Source: Cyanobacteria bacterium auto_48_18
Lineage (GTDB): Bacteria; Cyanobacteriota; Vampirovibrionia; Obscuribacterales; Obscuribacteraceae
Reading direction: 5' to 3'
DNA length: 64,000 nucleotides
NCBI GenBank assembly: GCA_036170915.1
Contig: JAVHQC010000017.1
Location: 1 to 64,000 of the forward strand
Shown: positions 47,801 through 57,547 of the stretch, piece after piece
Position numbering within the stretch: the stretch's first letter is position 1
Layout of the letters: every line of letters begins with the position of its first letter
Program-made: the position numbers and the translations under genes
Notes under the pieces: model-generated
The model's database searches: none
Told to the model about the DNA's origin: nothing
The model's input: only the letters and a program-made list of their open reading frames with translations

Positions 47801-49527
47801 GTGTTACTCCCGAATATCTGGTCACTGCCAGACAACTGGAAATCAAAATTGCTCAAGGGGCTAAACCTGGTGAAGGCGGGCAACTCCCAGGCCACAAAGT
47901 CTCAGATTACATTGCCAAATTGCGCCGCGCCAAAGCTGGTGCAAGTTTAATTTCTCCACCGCCGCACCACGATATTTATTCTATTGAAGATTTGTCGCAG
48001 CTGATTTTTGATTTGCGCCAGGTCAGTCAGAAGGCCCTGATATCAGTCAAACTTGTAGCCGAAATCGGTATTGGGGCTGTGGCTGCCGGCGTCGCCAAAG
48101 CCAATGCCGATATCATTCAAGTATCAGGTAATGATGGTGGCACGGGTGCCTCTGCTTTGAGTTCCATCAAGCATGCTGGAGCTCCCTGGGAACTCGGTTT
48201 AACTGAAGTGCATCAATCTCTGCTCACTAACGATTTGCGCCACCGAGTGCTATTGAGAGTTGACGGCGGTTTGCGTTCTGGCTGGGAAGTAGTGATGGCG
48301 GCCATGATGGGCGCTAACGAATTTGGTTTTGGTTCTATTGCCTTGATTGCCGAAGGTTGCATCATGGCCCGTGTTTGTCACACCAATAATTGCCCTGTTG
48401 GTATCACCAGTCAAAAAGAAAAACTGCGCGAGAAGTTTACCGGCGTGCCGGATCAAATTGTGGAATTTTTCTTGTTCATTGCTGAAGAAGTACGCTATAC
48501 CCTGGCTGAACTCGGTTATCGATCACTCCATGACGTGCTTGGGCGAACAGATTTATTGCAAAGCAAAAGCGAACTCAAACCCCATAAAGTAGAACGCGTC
48601 AATCTCAATTATTTGCTCAACACTCACAATAAAGATTTTTCGCATACGAAAAATGCCGCATGGAAAAGCCCATCTTTAGAGCCTCATCGTGACCTTGAGA
48701 GCTTGACCGACTATATTTTGAGCGAAGATGCTGTGCAAGCTGCCATAAAGACTCATGGCACAGTATCTCTTCGTTATACGATTAATAACACTGACAGAAG
48801 TGTCGGTGCACGACTGGGTGGTACCCTGGCCAAATTATATGGAGATAATGGCTTCCGTGGCCATATTGATCTCAATTTTAGCGGCTCCGCCGGGCAAAGT
48901 TTTGGTGCCTTTATTGTTGACAATGTCCGATTAAGCCTCACCGGTGAAGCCAATGATTATGTAGGCAAAGGCATGAGCGGCGGCGAAATTGCCATAAAAT
49001 TTGCAGCGCGCTCAAACTTAAAATCATGGCAGAATGTAATCGTTGGCAACACATGCCTTTATGGCGCTACAGGTGGTGCGCTCTTCTGTGCTGGTCAGGC
49101 TGGCGAAAGATTTGCTGTGCGCAACTCTGGTGCTGTGGCTGTGGTTGAAGGCAGCGGTGACCACTGCTGCGAATATATGACAGGTGGCGCTGTAGTAGTT
49201 TTAGGTCAGGTAGGTCGTAACTTTGGTGCCGGCATGACTGGTGGTCTGGCTTTTGTGCTTGATGCGAAGCAAGAGTTTAGCGAACAATATTGCGGTGAGC
49301 CAGACAAAAAATTGCAAAGAGTATCAGGCCCCGCCAGCGATTATCTGCATGATTTAATCGAGCGCCATTATCTGGCTACAGGAAGTGTGCGAGCAAAGAG
49401 TATTTTGGATAACTTTGCTATTTACTTGCCACAGTTCTGGCAAATAGTGCCGCAGGGTGAAGAAGACTATGCATACTCGTTTGAAGGCAGTGGTGGCATG
49501 GCTGCCTTGCAATTGAAGATCGGCTAA
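44890..49527 (+). CDS. gltB: Glutamate synthase large subunit, ferredoxin-dependent type
   Basis: DACGVGF, HRRFSTNT, HNGEINT, AQVTNPPID, GMSLGALS, CHTNNCPVG, GXGXG repeats. Fd-type loop after GEGGEDP; no gltD adjacent. Confidence 0.96.
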   Translation: MFESNHINPESDACGVGFVYRPVKSNQAVSDALGALNRMEHRGACGADGITGDGAGILTEIPWQLLAAEDLRASALGMIFLPQADTAFCRQNTERLVEEEGFSTVCWRKVPVDSSALGPLGRATCPVIEQLLLGAPGHWTTEKIEQKLLFARKKIANFFYALGEKYSDYYVASLSSRTVVYKGMVRSYDLARFYRDLANVAYTSQFAVYHRRFSTNTMPKWRLAQPFRMLGHNGEINTLLGNRNWMKCREMVLELGSLPLVSANTSDSGSLDNALELLVKLGRSPESALMQLIPDAAGATIAGALRASAQEQQDLQIAGFYQYFSGIQEPWDGPALIVYSDGLTVGAKLDRNGMRPARYTKLKDGSVFLSSETGVIDLDERQVVQKGRLGPGQMLMVDIKSGQVSEDRAVKIDVAREQPYAKWVVSERLNLGRSSFADQIKLADSDLIGLQTAYGYGNEDIVRIIVAMAATGHETVYSMGDDTPLAVLSSQPRLLYDYFKQRFAQVTNPPIDHLREKLVMSLDTYLGAQCGWLKPSFHGARLVHLSSPILNEGELRQLQELGALKQEVEPEVEDEEELEQELEEELEVTSNFASQTVSLLFNPLEVNLDSALSHVVAASVQAVESGKALLILSDRGVDSERAAIPALMAVGAVHHELIRRGLRLSASLIVETGQCWTTHQFACLFGFGAQAVCPYMALEIVRHSCADAEIKSLVELSNHDAQANFIAAVEEGLQKVLSKMGISSLTSYIGAQIFECIGLSDNVVNRCFTDTPSRIGGLEIEDIEKDVLAFHRKAFPFTHKRLINYGMMSSRPDGEYHGNNPKIVRALHTALGISQKVVSVQERQEEFKRYSALVRERPPLALRDMLTFKSDRPPVALDEVEPAADIVKRFCTGGMSLGALSKEAHEVLAIAMNRLGAKSNSGEGGEDPLRYYPIEDVTADGTSASFPGLRGLKKNDDAGSAVRQVASARFGVTPEYLVTARQLEIKIAQGAKPGEGGQLPGHKVSDYIAKLRRAKAGASLISPPPHHDIYSIEDLSQLIFDLRQVSQKALISVKLVAEIGIGAVAAGVAKANADIIQVSGNDGGTGASALSSIKHAGAPWELGLTEVHQSLLTNDLRHRVLLRVDGGLRSGWEVVMAAMMGANEFGFGSIALIAEGCIMARVCHTNNCPVGITSQKEKLREKFTGVPDQIVEFFLFIAEEVRYTLAELGYRSLHDVLGRTDLLQSKSELKPHKVERVNLNYLLNTHNKDFSHTKNAAWKSPSLEPHRDLESLTDYILSEDAVQAAIKTHGTVSLRYTINNTDRSVGARLGGTLAKLYGDNGFRGHIDLNFSGSAGQSFGAFIVDNVRLSLTGEANDYVGKGMSGGEIAIKFAARSNLKSWQNVIVGNTCLYGATGGALFCAGQAGERFAVRNSGAVAVVEGSGDHCCEYMTGGAVVVLGQVGRNFGAGMTGGLAFVLDAKQEFSEQYCGEPDKKLQRVSGPASDYLHDLIERHYLATGSVRAKSILDNFAIYLPQFWQIVPQGEEDYAYSFEGSGGMAALQLKIG

Positions 49528-49529
49528 AT

Positions 49530-50777
49530 ATGAATTTGAATATTAATCCTGGAGATACAGCCTGGGTCTTGATGTCTTCATCGCTGGTGATGCTCATGAC
49601 TCCGGCTATAGGCTTGTTCTACGGAGGCATGGTGGAGCGCAAAAATTTGCTCTCTTGCATCATGCTTGCTTTTGGCACTCTACTCATTGTCACCATCCAA
49701 TGGGTGCTTTTTGGCTATTCACTATCATTTGGCAGTGACACTGCTCCTCTGATTGGTGACCTCCGCTGGTGTGGCTTAACCGGTATCGGCATAGCCGACA
49801 CCACTGGCTATGCGCCGCAAATTCCACACCTGGCTTTCATGCTTTTTCAAATGAAATTTGCCATTATCACTCCGGCCATTATTGCTGGTGCGTTCGTTGA
49901 GCGAGTACGCTTCAAATCTTTCATGTTATTCACTTTGCTCTGGACCACTCTTATTTATGATCCGGTTGCTCACTGGGTTTGGGGTGATGGTGGCTGGCTT
50001 AAAAAACTCGGTTCACTTGATTTTGCTGGTGGCACAGTTGTGCACATTACTGCCGGCGTGGCCGCACTCGCTATGTGTATTGCCTTGCGAAGAAAAAAGC
50101 GGGCCGTTGATGGTCGCTTTCAGCCTGACAGCGTACCGTTAACCTTATTTGGCGCTGTGCTGCTCTGGTTTGGTTGGTTCGGCTTTAACGGCGGCAGCGC
50201 GCTGGGAGCCAATGCGGCGGCGGCGCAGGCACTGGTTACAACAACTGTGGCAGCTGCGGCCGCTGCGCTCACCTGGATGGCAATCAGCGCCCGCGAAGGC
50301 AAGAACACCGCTGTTGGTGCTGCTACCGGGGCAGTGGTAGGGCTTGTGGCTATTACTCCGGCCTGCGGCTATGTCGATGTGGCCGCCGCTATGGTCATTG
50401 GTGCCATAGGCGCGGTGGTGGCATTTTTCTCAATCAAGCTTTCGGAAAAATTGAAAATCCAAGACTCTCTTGATGTCTGTGCTTGCCATGGTATGGCCGG
50501 CACCTGGGGCGCGCTGGCCACAGGAATTTTCGCCAGCAAAGCAATTAATCCGGCCGGCGCTAACGGCTTGCTTCACGGTAGTACCGATCTATTCGTGGCC
50601 CAAGTAATATCTGTCTTAGCGGTTTGGATTTTTACTTTCGGCGGCACTTACGCGCTGGCCAAAATCATTGATCGTTTTATGCATTTCACTGCTAGTGAGT
50701 CTGAACAAGAACTTGGACTCGACCTGTTTCATCTGGCCGATGAGACCACAGACCGGGAGCCGGTGCACTCTTACTGA
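49530..50777 (+). CDS. amtB: Ammonium transporter
   Basis: FQMKFAIITP, DFAGGTVVH, WFGWFGFNGGS, GLVAITP. Confidence 0.96.
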   Translation: MNLNINPGDTAWVLMSSSLVMLMTPAIGLFYGGMVERKNLLSCIMLAFGTLLIVTIQWVLFGYSLSFGSDTAPLIGDLRWCGLTGIGIADTTGYAPQIPHLAFMLFQMKFAIITPAIIAGAFVERVRFKSFMLFTLLWTTLIYDPVAHWVWGDGGWLKKLGSLDFAGGTVVHITAGVAALAMCIALRRKKRAVDGRFQPDSVPLTLFGAVLLWFGWFGFNGGSALGANAAAAQALVTTTVAAAAAALTWMAISAREGKNTAVGAATGAVVGLVAITPACGYVDVAAAMVIGAIGAVVAFFSIKLSEKLKIQDSLDVCACHGMAGTWGALATGIFASKAINPAGANGLLHGSTDLFVAQVISVLAVWIFTFGGTYALAKIIDRFMHFTASESEQELGLDLFHLADETTDREPVHSY

Positions 50778-50823
50778 GCTGATACATAGTTGAAGTCGAG
50801 AATCTTCGTCGCTCATGCTCTGC

Positions 50824-52101
50824 CTAATTCACGGTTGCTGCAACAACTTCCGTCTCACTGGGCAAAACCAAAGGCTTCTCGGCAAAGACTCCTTCCCACC
50901 GTGCCACCACCACTGATGCCAGGCAATTGCCCAGTACGTTGACTGATGTGCGCGCCATGTCCATGAGTGTGTCTACGCCTAAGATTAGTGCCACCCCTGC
51001 CAGGGGCAGATCGAATGTTGCTAGTGTGCCTGCCAAGATCACCAGTGAGGCTCTCGGTACAGCGGCCACACCTTTGCTGGTTAACATTAGAGTCAGCATC
51101 ATCAATATTTGTTTTTCAATCGACATTTGCACACCCGCAGCCTGAGCCACAAACACTGCGGCCAGTGATAAATAGAGAGTGGTGCCGTCTAAATTAAATG
51201 TATAACCGAGGGGCAAAACAAAGCTGACGATGGGCCGCGGTACTCCCAGAGCTTCCATGTTTTGCAAAGCTTTCGGTAGGGCCGCTTCAGAACTGGTGGT
51301 TGAAAATGCAATTAAGAAAGGCTCTTTTACCGCAGCTGCAAAACGTTTAAGCGGTACTTTTGCAATCAGTGCTACTGGTAAAAGTACACAGGTAATGAAA
51401 ATAAATAGGGCAAGGTACAGCGTGCCAACCAGCTTACCGAGAGAGAAGAGCACCAATAATCCGTGTTTGCCAACGGTGCTGGCCATGGCACAGGCGACGC
51501 CAATGGGTGCTACTTTCATTACATAGCCTGTATATTTGAACATCACTTCTGCCAGGCTCTGACAGAGATCAACTATTTGCGTCGCTCTAGCGGCTTTGAC
51601 ACCAAGGGCAAAAATGATTGTGAAAACTACAATCTGTAAAACGTCTCCGCGAGCCATAGAATCAATCACACTGGTGGGGAAAATATGAGTAATCAAATCT
51701 CCCACACTGGGTTTTTTCGCTAGCAGATCCTGGGCCTCGCCGCTATTGAGCGCACTCAAATCAATGCCGGCACCTGGCTGACAAATATTAACCACTAGCA
51801 GACCAACAGCCAGAGCAAAGGTAGTAATTACTTCAAAATAAATCAAACATTTGAGACCGACTCGGCCCACTGAAAACGCACCGCTGGAGTTATCGAGGTC
51901 ACCATGTCCGTGACCACCAGCGATACCAACAACTAAAGTGGAAAACACCAGTGGAGCGATAATAGTTTTGATCAAATGTAAAAAGATATCTGCGCCGGGA
52001 GCCGATGCCATGCCGATGTGGGGCCATTGCCAGCCCACTAAGATACCCAGGGCCAGACCGATGAAAATCTGAGTGGTCAGGGCCGGTGCTTTCATTGACA
52101 A
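50824..52101 (-). CDS. Dicarboxylate/amino acid:cation symporter (GltP/DctA family)
   Basis: FSTTSSEAALP, GYTFNLDGT, SKGVAAVP, DMARTSVNVLGN. Confidence 0.95.
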   Translation of the reverse strand: MSMKAPALTTQIFIGLALGILVGWQWPHIGMASAPGADIFLHLIKTIIAPLVFSTLVVGIAGGHGHGDLDNSSGAFSVGRVGLKCLIYFEVITTFALAVGLLVVNICQPGAGIDLSALNSGEAQDLLAKKPSVGDLITHIFPTSVIDSMARGDVLQIVVFTIIFALGVKAARATQIVDLCQSLAEVMFKYTGYVMKVAPIGVACAMASTVGKHGLLVLFSLGKLVGTLYLALFIFITCVLLPVALIAKVPLKRFAAAVKEPFLIAFSTTSSEAALPKALQNMEALGVPRPIVSFVLPLGYTFNLDGTTLYLSLAAVFVAQAAGVQMSIEKQILMMLTLMLTSKGVAAVPRASLVILAGTLATFDLPLAGVALILGVDTLMDMARTSVNVLGNCLASVVVARWEGVFAEKPLVLPSETEVVAATVN

Positions 52102-52130
52102 AAATCCTGTTTGCGAATTACTTGAGATGC

Positions 52131-54329
52131 CTAGCTGAGAGTCAAAATCTCCAGACCACGACCGCCTAATACTGCCAATTGATCTCTTATAGCTACTGAA
52201 GAAACTCCTTCAATAGCTGGAAGAGTGGCAATGATTTGTGGAGCGCTGGGTTTTTCAAAACTAATAATCGTGGCCACGTCTTTGCCGTCAAAACCGCGAC
52301 CTACAGCCACTGCCCGCGTGCCCTGGCAGCCAAGGGCGAGACCATCATGCGGTAAATCAATGGTGCCAAGTACATGCAAATCTTTGTCATTTCTTTTTAA
52401 AACCAAAAAGAATCCTTTTGAATTTTGATCAATAGCCGTGACTAAAATTGCTTCATCGGCAAAAGCAATATCGCGCACTGCCAGGTTTTCAAAATGTCTC
52501 ATGCCAATTAATTCCATGCCGGCAGCATTGATTTCTTTGTCTCTGATTTCTTTTTCTTTGGCGTCTTTGCTTGCTGTTTTTGCACTGCTTGCGCTGTTGA
52601 AAGCGTTCACTACTGGCTTTACCACAGAATTAACCGCAGAGCTAACGGCAGAATCTACTGGGCTGGCACTGCCGCTGCCACTAGCATTGCCTGTGCCTAA
52701 TGGGCCGTATATAGCAATATCATTCAATCCACCCAGCATCAGCTGACCTTTAGAAGCCTGACAGCGGCTGTATATTCCAGGTACTTCAAATGGTTTCAAT
52801 TGTTCCAATTTGTCTGTGAAAACTTTTAGCGGCTGAACCCGTGTGGTTTTGTCCAAAAATTTGATGGCGTAAGCGCGCATCTGTCCGATATCAAAACAAA
52901 GTTGGTTGGCTTGCAATTTAGAAGTGGTGACCACATTTTGCAGGCTGTCCATTTTGCGCAACGAGAGATCTTCTTTCGTTAAACATAAGACAAAACTACC
53001 GGCACCAACCATGGCTCTAATGGCCTGGGAGGGAGCGGCTGAATTCATCATTATTGGGCGCTCCGGGCGGCCGACGTTATAGAGCTGCAAATCACTTCCG
53101 GCAAGCACCACCAGGTCTTTGTACACTGCTACACCAGCGGCCGCCAACTTTGGAATGCTGTATGAAGAAGTAATTGCCCAGGCACTGTCTTTGCCACGGG
53201 TGAGCAGTTGCACACCTGACCAGCCGGTGGCCACATAAGCAGACATGTCGCGCATTACAACAGAGCAATTTTTGCCGCCATCATTTTTGCCCACAGGCAT
53301 CTTAATCACTTGTTCCACAGAGGCGTTGCGAGCACGATCCAGTACTAGAGAGATTACCTGTCTATCGCCTCTGCTGCGGCCGACCACAAGAAAACGATCT
53401 TTTTGGGCTGCGGCCGATTCCACAGTGCTGACTTGATCTAGCGCCAGTTTCGACAATAACTTTGGTGCCACACCACCCATCAACAGCTGAGCCTGGCAAG
53501 CTTTTGTTTTGCCACTGCCATCGGTGCCTGCGATTAAAATCATTTCTTTAAAGCGAGCTATAACTCGATAATCGCCTTCAACAGTAATTGATTTTGTAAT
53601 TTCAGGAGTGTCCGATGTGCTCAAATTGACAAAGTCAATTTGAGATTTGGCGCCGCCGTTGGCCGACGTCAGAATAATCAGTTGCTTGTCGGCTATGTCA
53701 ATGGCACGCACTGGCATTTGCGTTGACATACTCGAGATGAAAGTGGGTTCTTTAGCACCACGTTTGGCACTGTAAATTGAAACTAGATTCTCGCCACTGC
53801 TGGTGATACCGCTGACACAAATCAAATCGTTAGCGCTGCAGATGTTGCCCGCTTCGTTATAGCGACCGAGGCGAATGTCGCTCAATATTGACGGCGATTC
53901 AATGGGGGTGAGCGAGACTGATACCAGATTCACCACCGCTTCGTTCTGCTCGCCTTCTTTGTAGGTTAGGCCGTAAGCGGCATAGGGTGTAACGGCAAAA
54001 TCTACCATTTTGTTGCCGAGGCCGGAGAGTTCGGCCACAACTTTAACGGGCGTTTTGAGCGAAACCGGTTTGCGCATGTCGACTACGGCCAGCCGGCCGA
54101 ATTCGTCGGTAAAACAAATGTAGCCTTTATCGGCTAAGCCAACGTGATCAGGCACAATCGCCGGTGCCCATTCTTCACGTGAAAGAGTGTGCGGCCCGCG
54201 AATAGTAGGGCTGCGCGGAGTCTTTTTAGCGAAGGCGGGTAAATCACCTAACTGGTCTATAAGTAGTAGGGTGCCGCAGGTCCACGACAATGATCCAAAA
54301 AGGAAGGAACGTCTAGATTGCATTGCCAA
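52131..54329 (-). CDS. Tat-exported beta-propeller-like hypothetical protein
   Basis: SRRSFL twin-arginine motif; beta-rich LVIVD-like repeats. Confidence 0.65.
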   Translation of the reverse strand: MAMQSRRSFLFGSLSWTCGTLLLIDQLGDLPAFAKKTPRSPTIRGPHTLSREEWAPAIVPDHVGLADKGYICFTDEFGRLAVVDMRKPVSLKTPVKVVAELSGLGNKMVDFAVTPYAAYGLTYKEGEQNEAVVNLVSVSLTPIESPSILSDIRLGRYNEAGNICSANDLICVSGITSSGENLVSIYSAKRGAKEPTFISSMSTQMPVRAIDIADKQLIILTSANGGAKSQIDFVNLSTSDTPEITKSITVEGDYRVIARFKEMILIAGTDGSGKTKACQAQLLMGGVAPKLLSKLALDQVSTVESAAAQKDRFLVVGRSRGDRQVISLVLDRARNASVEQVIKMPVGKNDGGKNCSVVMRDMSAYVATGWSGVQLLTRGKDSAWAITSSYSIPKLAAAGVAVYKDLVVLAGSDLQLYNVGRPERPIMMNSAAPSQAIRAMVGAGSFVLCLTKEDLSLRKMDSLQNVVTTSKLQANQLCFDIGQMRAYAIKFLDKTTRVQPLKVFTDKLEQLKPFEVPGIYSRCQASKGQLMLGGLNDIAIYGPLGTGNASGSGSASPVDSAVSSAVNSVVKPVVNAFNSASSAKTASKDAKEKEIRDKEINAAGMELIGMRHFENLAVRDIAFADEAILVTAIDQNSKGFFLVLKRNDKDLHVLGTIDLPHDGLALGCQGTRAVAVGRGFDGKDVATIISFEKPSAPQIIATLPAIEGVSSVAIRDQLAVLGGRGLEILTLS

Positions 54330-54375
54330 TTTGTTGTAGCGCTTTCTTTGAAGGATAAAAGTAAACGGTCACACT

Positions 54376-54690
54376 TTAGTGACTGAGTAGCATGTGGGCA
54401 AAATTGGCCACCACATTAAGTAGCATCCACAGCACAATCGGTGAAAGGTCCATGCCCCCAATGGGCGGCACCACTTTTTGAATGGGAGCCAAAATCGGGC
54501 GCATGACGTTGTTCAAGGTGACGAAAGGCTGTTGTTGCCAGTTGATATTGGGAAACCAGGAGAGCAGGCACCAGACAAATAGTGACATACTGATCAGGCT
54601 GACAACGCCGTCTATAATTTGCAAAACTGGGTTCATAACAACACCGCGCAAAACTAGGGTATTAAGCGAAATTGTAGCATTTTTGATCAA
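54376..54690 (-). CDS. yggT: YggT family membrane protein
   Basis: LLSWFP, P.LAP...VPPIGGMDLSPIV. Confidence 0.93.
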   Translation of the reverse strand: MIKNATISLNTLVLRGVVMNPVLQIIDGVVSLISMSLFVWCLLSWFPNINWQQQPFVTLNNVMRPILAPIQKVVPPIGGMDLSPIVLWMLLNVVANFAHMLLSH

Positions 54691-54708
54691 TAGTTACGTT
54701 GAGTTGAG

Positions 54709-55743
54709 TTGGTTGTGGTCACTAGAGAACAGGCACTAGTAAAGAAGATCAAAGAGTGGACCGGCAGCACGCAAATAGGCGATGACTGTGCCGTTCTGGA
54801 AGGCGGCATGCTGGTTAGCACCGACACCCTGGTGGAAGGCACGCATTTTCGCCTAGATTGCATCGACTGGCGCCGTCTGGGTTGGCGCAGTTGCGCCGTC
54901 AATTTAAGCGATATCGCCGCCATGGCGGGCCGGCCGCGTTATTTGACCGTGGCTCTGACGCTGCCCCGAGCTGAAGCAGGCTCAGCAGCCGATCAGCAAA
55001 TGCAGAGCAATTTAGAGCAGTTCTATGGCGGTTTCACAGCCTGCGCCAGCCTTTATCAGGCTCAAATTGTGGGCGGCGACCTGACTGTGGGCGAACATGT
55101 CATTGTGAACGTCACTGCTATCGGCGCCGGTCATGCAGCGGGCACGCTTCGGCGCAGTGGTGCCAGGGTCGGTGACGTAGTAGTCGTCACTGGTGTTTTT
55201 GGCGCCAGTGCTGCCGGTTTGCAAATTTTGCTCAGTGAAAATACTAGTGCGAAATCAAAATATAGTGAGCTGGTAACCGCCCATCTTGAGCCAAAACCAA
55301 GATTATGCGAATCATGGGCCCTGGTGCGAATCACCGGAGAACGCGGCGCACTGATGGATGCCAGTGATGGTCTGGCGGACGCCCTTTATCAAGTAGCCGA
55401 ACAATCAAGTGTTGATTTTGATATAGACCTGAGCGCCATTCCTATCAGTGGGGCTACGCTGGAATACGCAGCTAGCGTGGACAGAAGCGCTGATGCGATT
55501 GAATGGGCTCTTTATGGGGGCGAAGATTATGAGCTGGTGGCGACGATGGCCGCAGATTTATGGGAAGCCCAGAGCCAGGCTGATTTTCCCTTTAAGAAGA
55601 TTGGAGTTGTAGTTGAGAGGTCGGCGGCCTCCACCAATATTGAAGTAAATCAGCCTACCATCAGGCTATTAGAAAATGGCGCCGTGAGCAAAAGTAACTC
55701 TGGTGTAGTGGACTTAAACCATTGCTTTAAGCATTTCTGCTAG
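54709..55743 (+). CDS. thiL: Thiamine-monophosphate kinase
   Basis: IGDDCAV, DTLVEGTHF, NLSDIAAM, GGD, MDASDGL, GGEDYEL. Confidence 0.96.
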   Translation: MVVVTREQALVKKIKEWTGSTQIGDDCAVLEGGMLVSTDTLVEGTHFRLDCIDWRRLGWRSCAVNLSDIAAMAGRPRYLTVALTLPRAEAGSAADQQMQSNLEQFYGGFTACASLYQAQIVGGDLTVGEHVIVNVTAIGAGHAAGTLRRSGARVGDVVVVTGVFGASAAGLQILLSENTSAKSKYSELVTAHLEPKPRLCESWALVRITGERGALMDASDGLADALYQVAEQSSVDFDIDLSAIPISGATLEYAASVDRSADAIEWALYGGEDYELVATMAADLWEAQSQADFPFKKIGVVVERSAASTNIEVNQPTIRLLENGAVSKSNSGVVDLNHCFKHFC

Positions 55744-55772
55744 ATTTGATACTCTAAAATTTTGCGAGATTA

Positions 55773-56678
55773 TTGATGGATTCACCAAACACAACTCTGG
55801 CCGACCCTAAAATTATTGACGGCAAAGATATTTCACAGGCAGTCAAGAGTGAGCTTGCTCTTGCCGTAGCTGAAGCGATCAAAGGCAAAACCCGCAAACC
55901 CGGGCTGGCGGTGGTGTTGGTGGGCGACAATCCGGCTTCAAAAGCCTATGTCAAAAGCAAAATAGCCGCCTGCAAGGCTGTAGGCATCGAAAGTTTTCTC
56001 ATTGAGCTGCCTGCTGATACGGCACAAGCAGTGGTGGCCGAACAGGTCAAAGCCTTGAATCTTGACCAGAAGGTAGACGGCATACTTGTGCAATTGCCTC
56101 TGCCAAAACAAATTTCATCTGCTGCCATCCTGGCTTTGATTGATCCTGCCAAAGATGTAGACGGCCTCTGCGCTGTTAATGCTGGTCTGCTTTTGCAAGG
56201 GGCGGATGGGCTATTTCCCTGCACTCCCCTTGGCGTGATGCGGCTTCTGGCTCACCACAAAGTGGCACTGTCGGGCAAGAATGCCGTGGTTGTTGGGCGC
56301 TCACACCTGGTGGGAAAACCACTGGCGATGATGCTTTTGCAAGAAAATGCCACTGTCACCATTTGCCACAGCAAAACTGCCAATCTGCCCGAAGTCTGTC
56401 GCCAGGCTGATGTGCTTGTAGCTGCGTGCGGCCAGGCGGAAATGGTCAAAGGCTCTTGGGTCAAGCCTGGGGCTGTGGTTATCGATGTAGGCATCAATCG
56501 AGTTGATAGCGCTGATGGAAAAGGCCGGCTGGTGGGCGACGTTGCTTACAGTGAAGCTTACGAACACGCCAGTTTAATTACACCAGTGCCGGGCGGCGTG
56601 GGCCCCATGACTGTGGCAATGCTTCTCAGTAATACCCTGAAGGCTTTCAACAGCCGTATGGGCGTCGAATCCAAATAG
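55773..56678 (+). CDS. folD: Methylenetetrahydrofolate dehydrogenase/cyclohydrolase
   Basis: GILVQLPLP, KDVDG, PCTP, GRS..VGKP, TPVPGGVGPMT. Confidence 0.97.
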   Translation: MMDSPNTTLADPKIIDGKDISQAVKSELALAVAEAIKGKTRKPGLAVVLVGDNPASKAYVKSKIAACKAVGIESFLIELPADTAQAVVAEQVKALNLDQKVDGILVQLPLPKQISSAAILALIDPAKDVDGLCAVNAGLLLQGADGLFPCTPLGVMRLLAHHKVALSGKNAVVVGRSHLVGKPLAMMLLQENATVTICHSKTANLPEVCRQADVLVAACGQAEMVKGSWVKPGAVVIDVGINRVDSADGKGRLVGDVAYSEAYEHASLITPVPGGVGPMTVAMLLSNTLKAFNSRMGVESK

Positions 56679-56680
56679 AA

Positions 56681-57292
56681 ATGACCAGCCTCTCTTCAGA
56701 CGCGGGTGCACCGCTTTTAAAAATCACCACTCCGGTAAAAATGCTTGCCGCATTGGCTGCTTTTTGCATCATTGCTGCAGCGGTCTCGGGAGTTTGGGGC
56801 ATTGTCATGATGCGTGATTTTTTTAAAAAATCTGTCAACCCGCAAGCCATGAGCGAGGTCAGCACCTATATCACCGGCAGCGCCGACCCATTGCCTGGTT
56901 TTACCAAAGTGATGGCCGCCAGCATAAACCCTGGTGCAGTGGTGTTCTTGCAGTCACCTGACCATACAGAAGTTCTCTTCTGGCGCTATCAGCGTTCTAG
57001 CGTGGTAGATCCTGATGAAGAACTTGAGCGGATGTACGATAACGGCATCTGGACACCAACAAAATGGGCCCATTTTCAATCTGCGGCCAAGGCCAGCAAA
57101 AAGGAAATTGACGGCCGCACAATTACCTACTGGCAGGGGCGGCTCAAAGATCAGGACGGAACGATTTATGAAGGGCTAATTGCCTGCCTGGCTGAAGGCA
57201 AAATGGTGCGCATTATTGAGGTAATTCAGCCTTCCGACCGTCCCTTTGATACCAATAAAGCGCTTGGTTGGCTGGCTCAGATTGGAAGATAG
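56681..57292 (+). CDS. Membrane-anchored hypothetical protein
   Basis: Single N-terminal TM; cotranscribed with folD. Confidence 0.7.
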   Translation: MTSLSSDAGAPLLKITTPVKMLAALAAFCIIAAAVSGVWGIVMMRDFFKKSVNPQAMSEVSTYITGSADPLPGFTKVMAASINPGAVVFLQSPDHTEVLFWRYQRSSVVDPDEELERMYDNGIWTPTKWAHFQSAAKASKKEIDGRTITYWQGRLKDQDGTIYEGLIACLAEGKMVRIIEVIQPSDRPFDTNKALGWLAQIGR

Positions 57293-57386
57293 GCAGCCAA
57301 GCGCTTATACTAAAACCAGATTGCCCACTTTTGAATTTTTCGATTTTTTGCGATTTTATTGATTTTGTTTAGGAGATTTGCCGGAT

Positions 57387-57539
57387 ATGAGCGCAGAGAC
57401 ACACAGCGACCCTTCCAAAAACTGGTTGATCGCTTTCATGGTGGCATTTATGTGCACTGTGTTTGCCATTGGCGTATGGGCTATGATGAATTATCACGTC
57501 GATGCAGTTGAAGCACCTGCTGCCGCCGGCCACCACTAA
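57387..57539 (+). CDS. Small (50 aa) single-pass membrane protein, not in the ORF track
   Basis: Hand translation MSAETHSDPSKNWLIAFMVAFMCTVFAIGVWAMMNYHVDAVEAPAAAGHH*; AGGAG upstream; ends 8 nt before cinA. Confidence 0.65.
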   Translation: MSAETHSDPSKNWLIAFMVAFMCTVFAIGVWAMMNYHVDAVEAPAAAGHH

Positions 57540-57547
57540 GGCAAACC

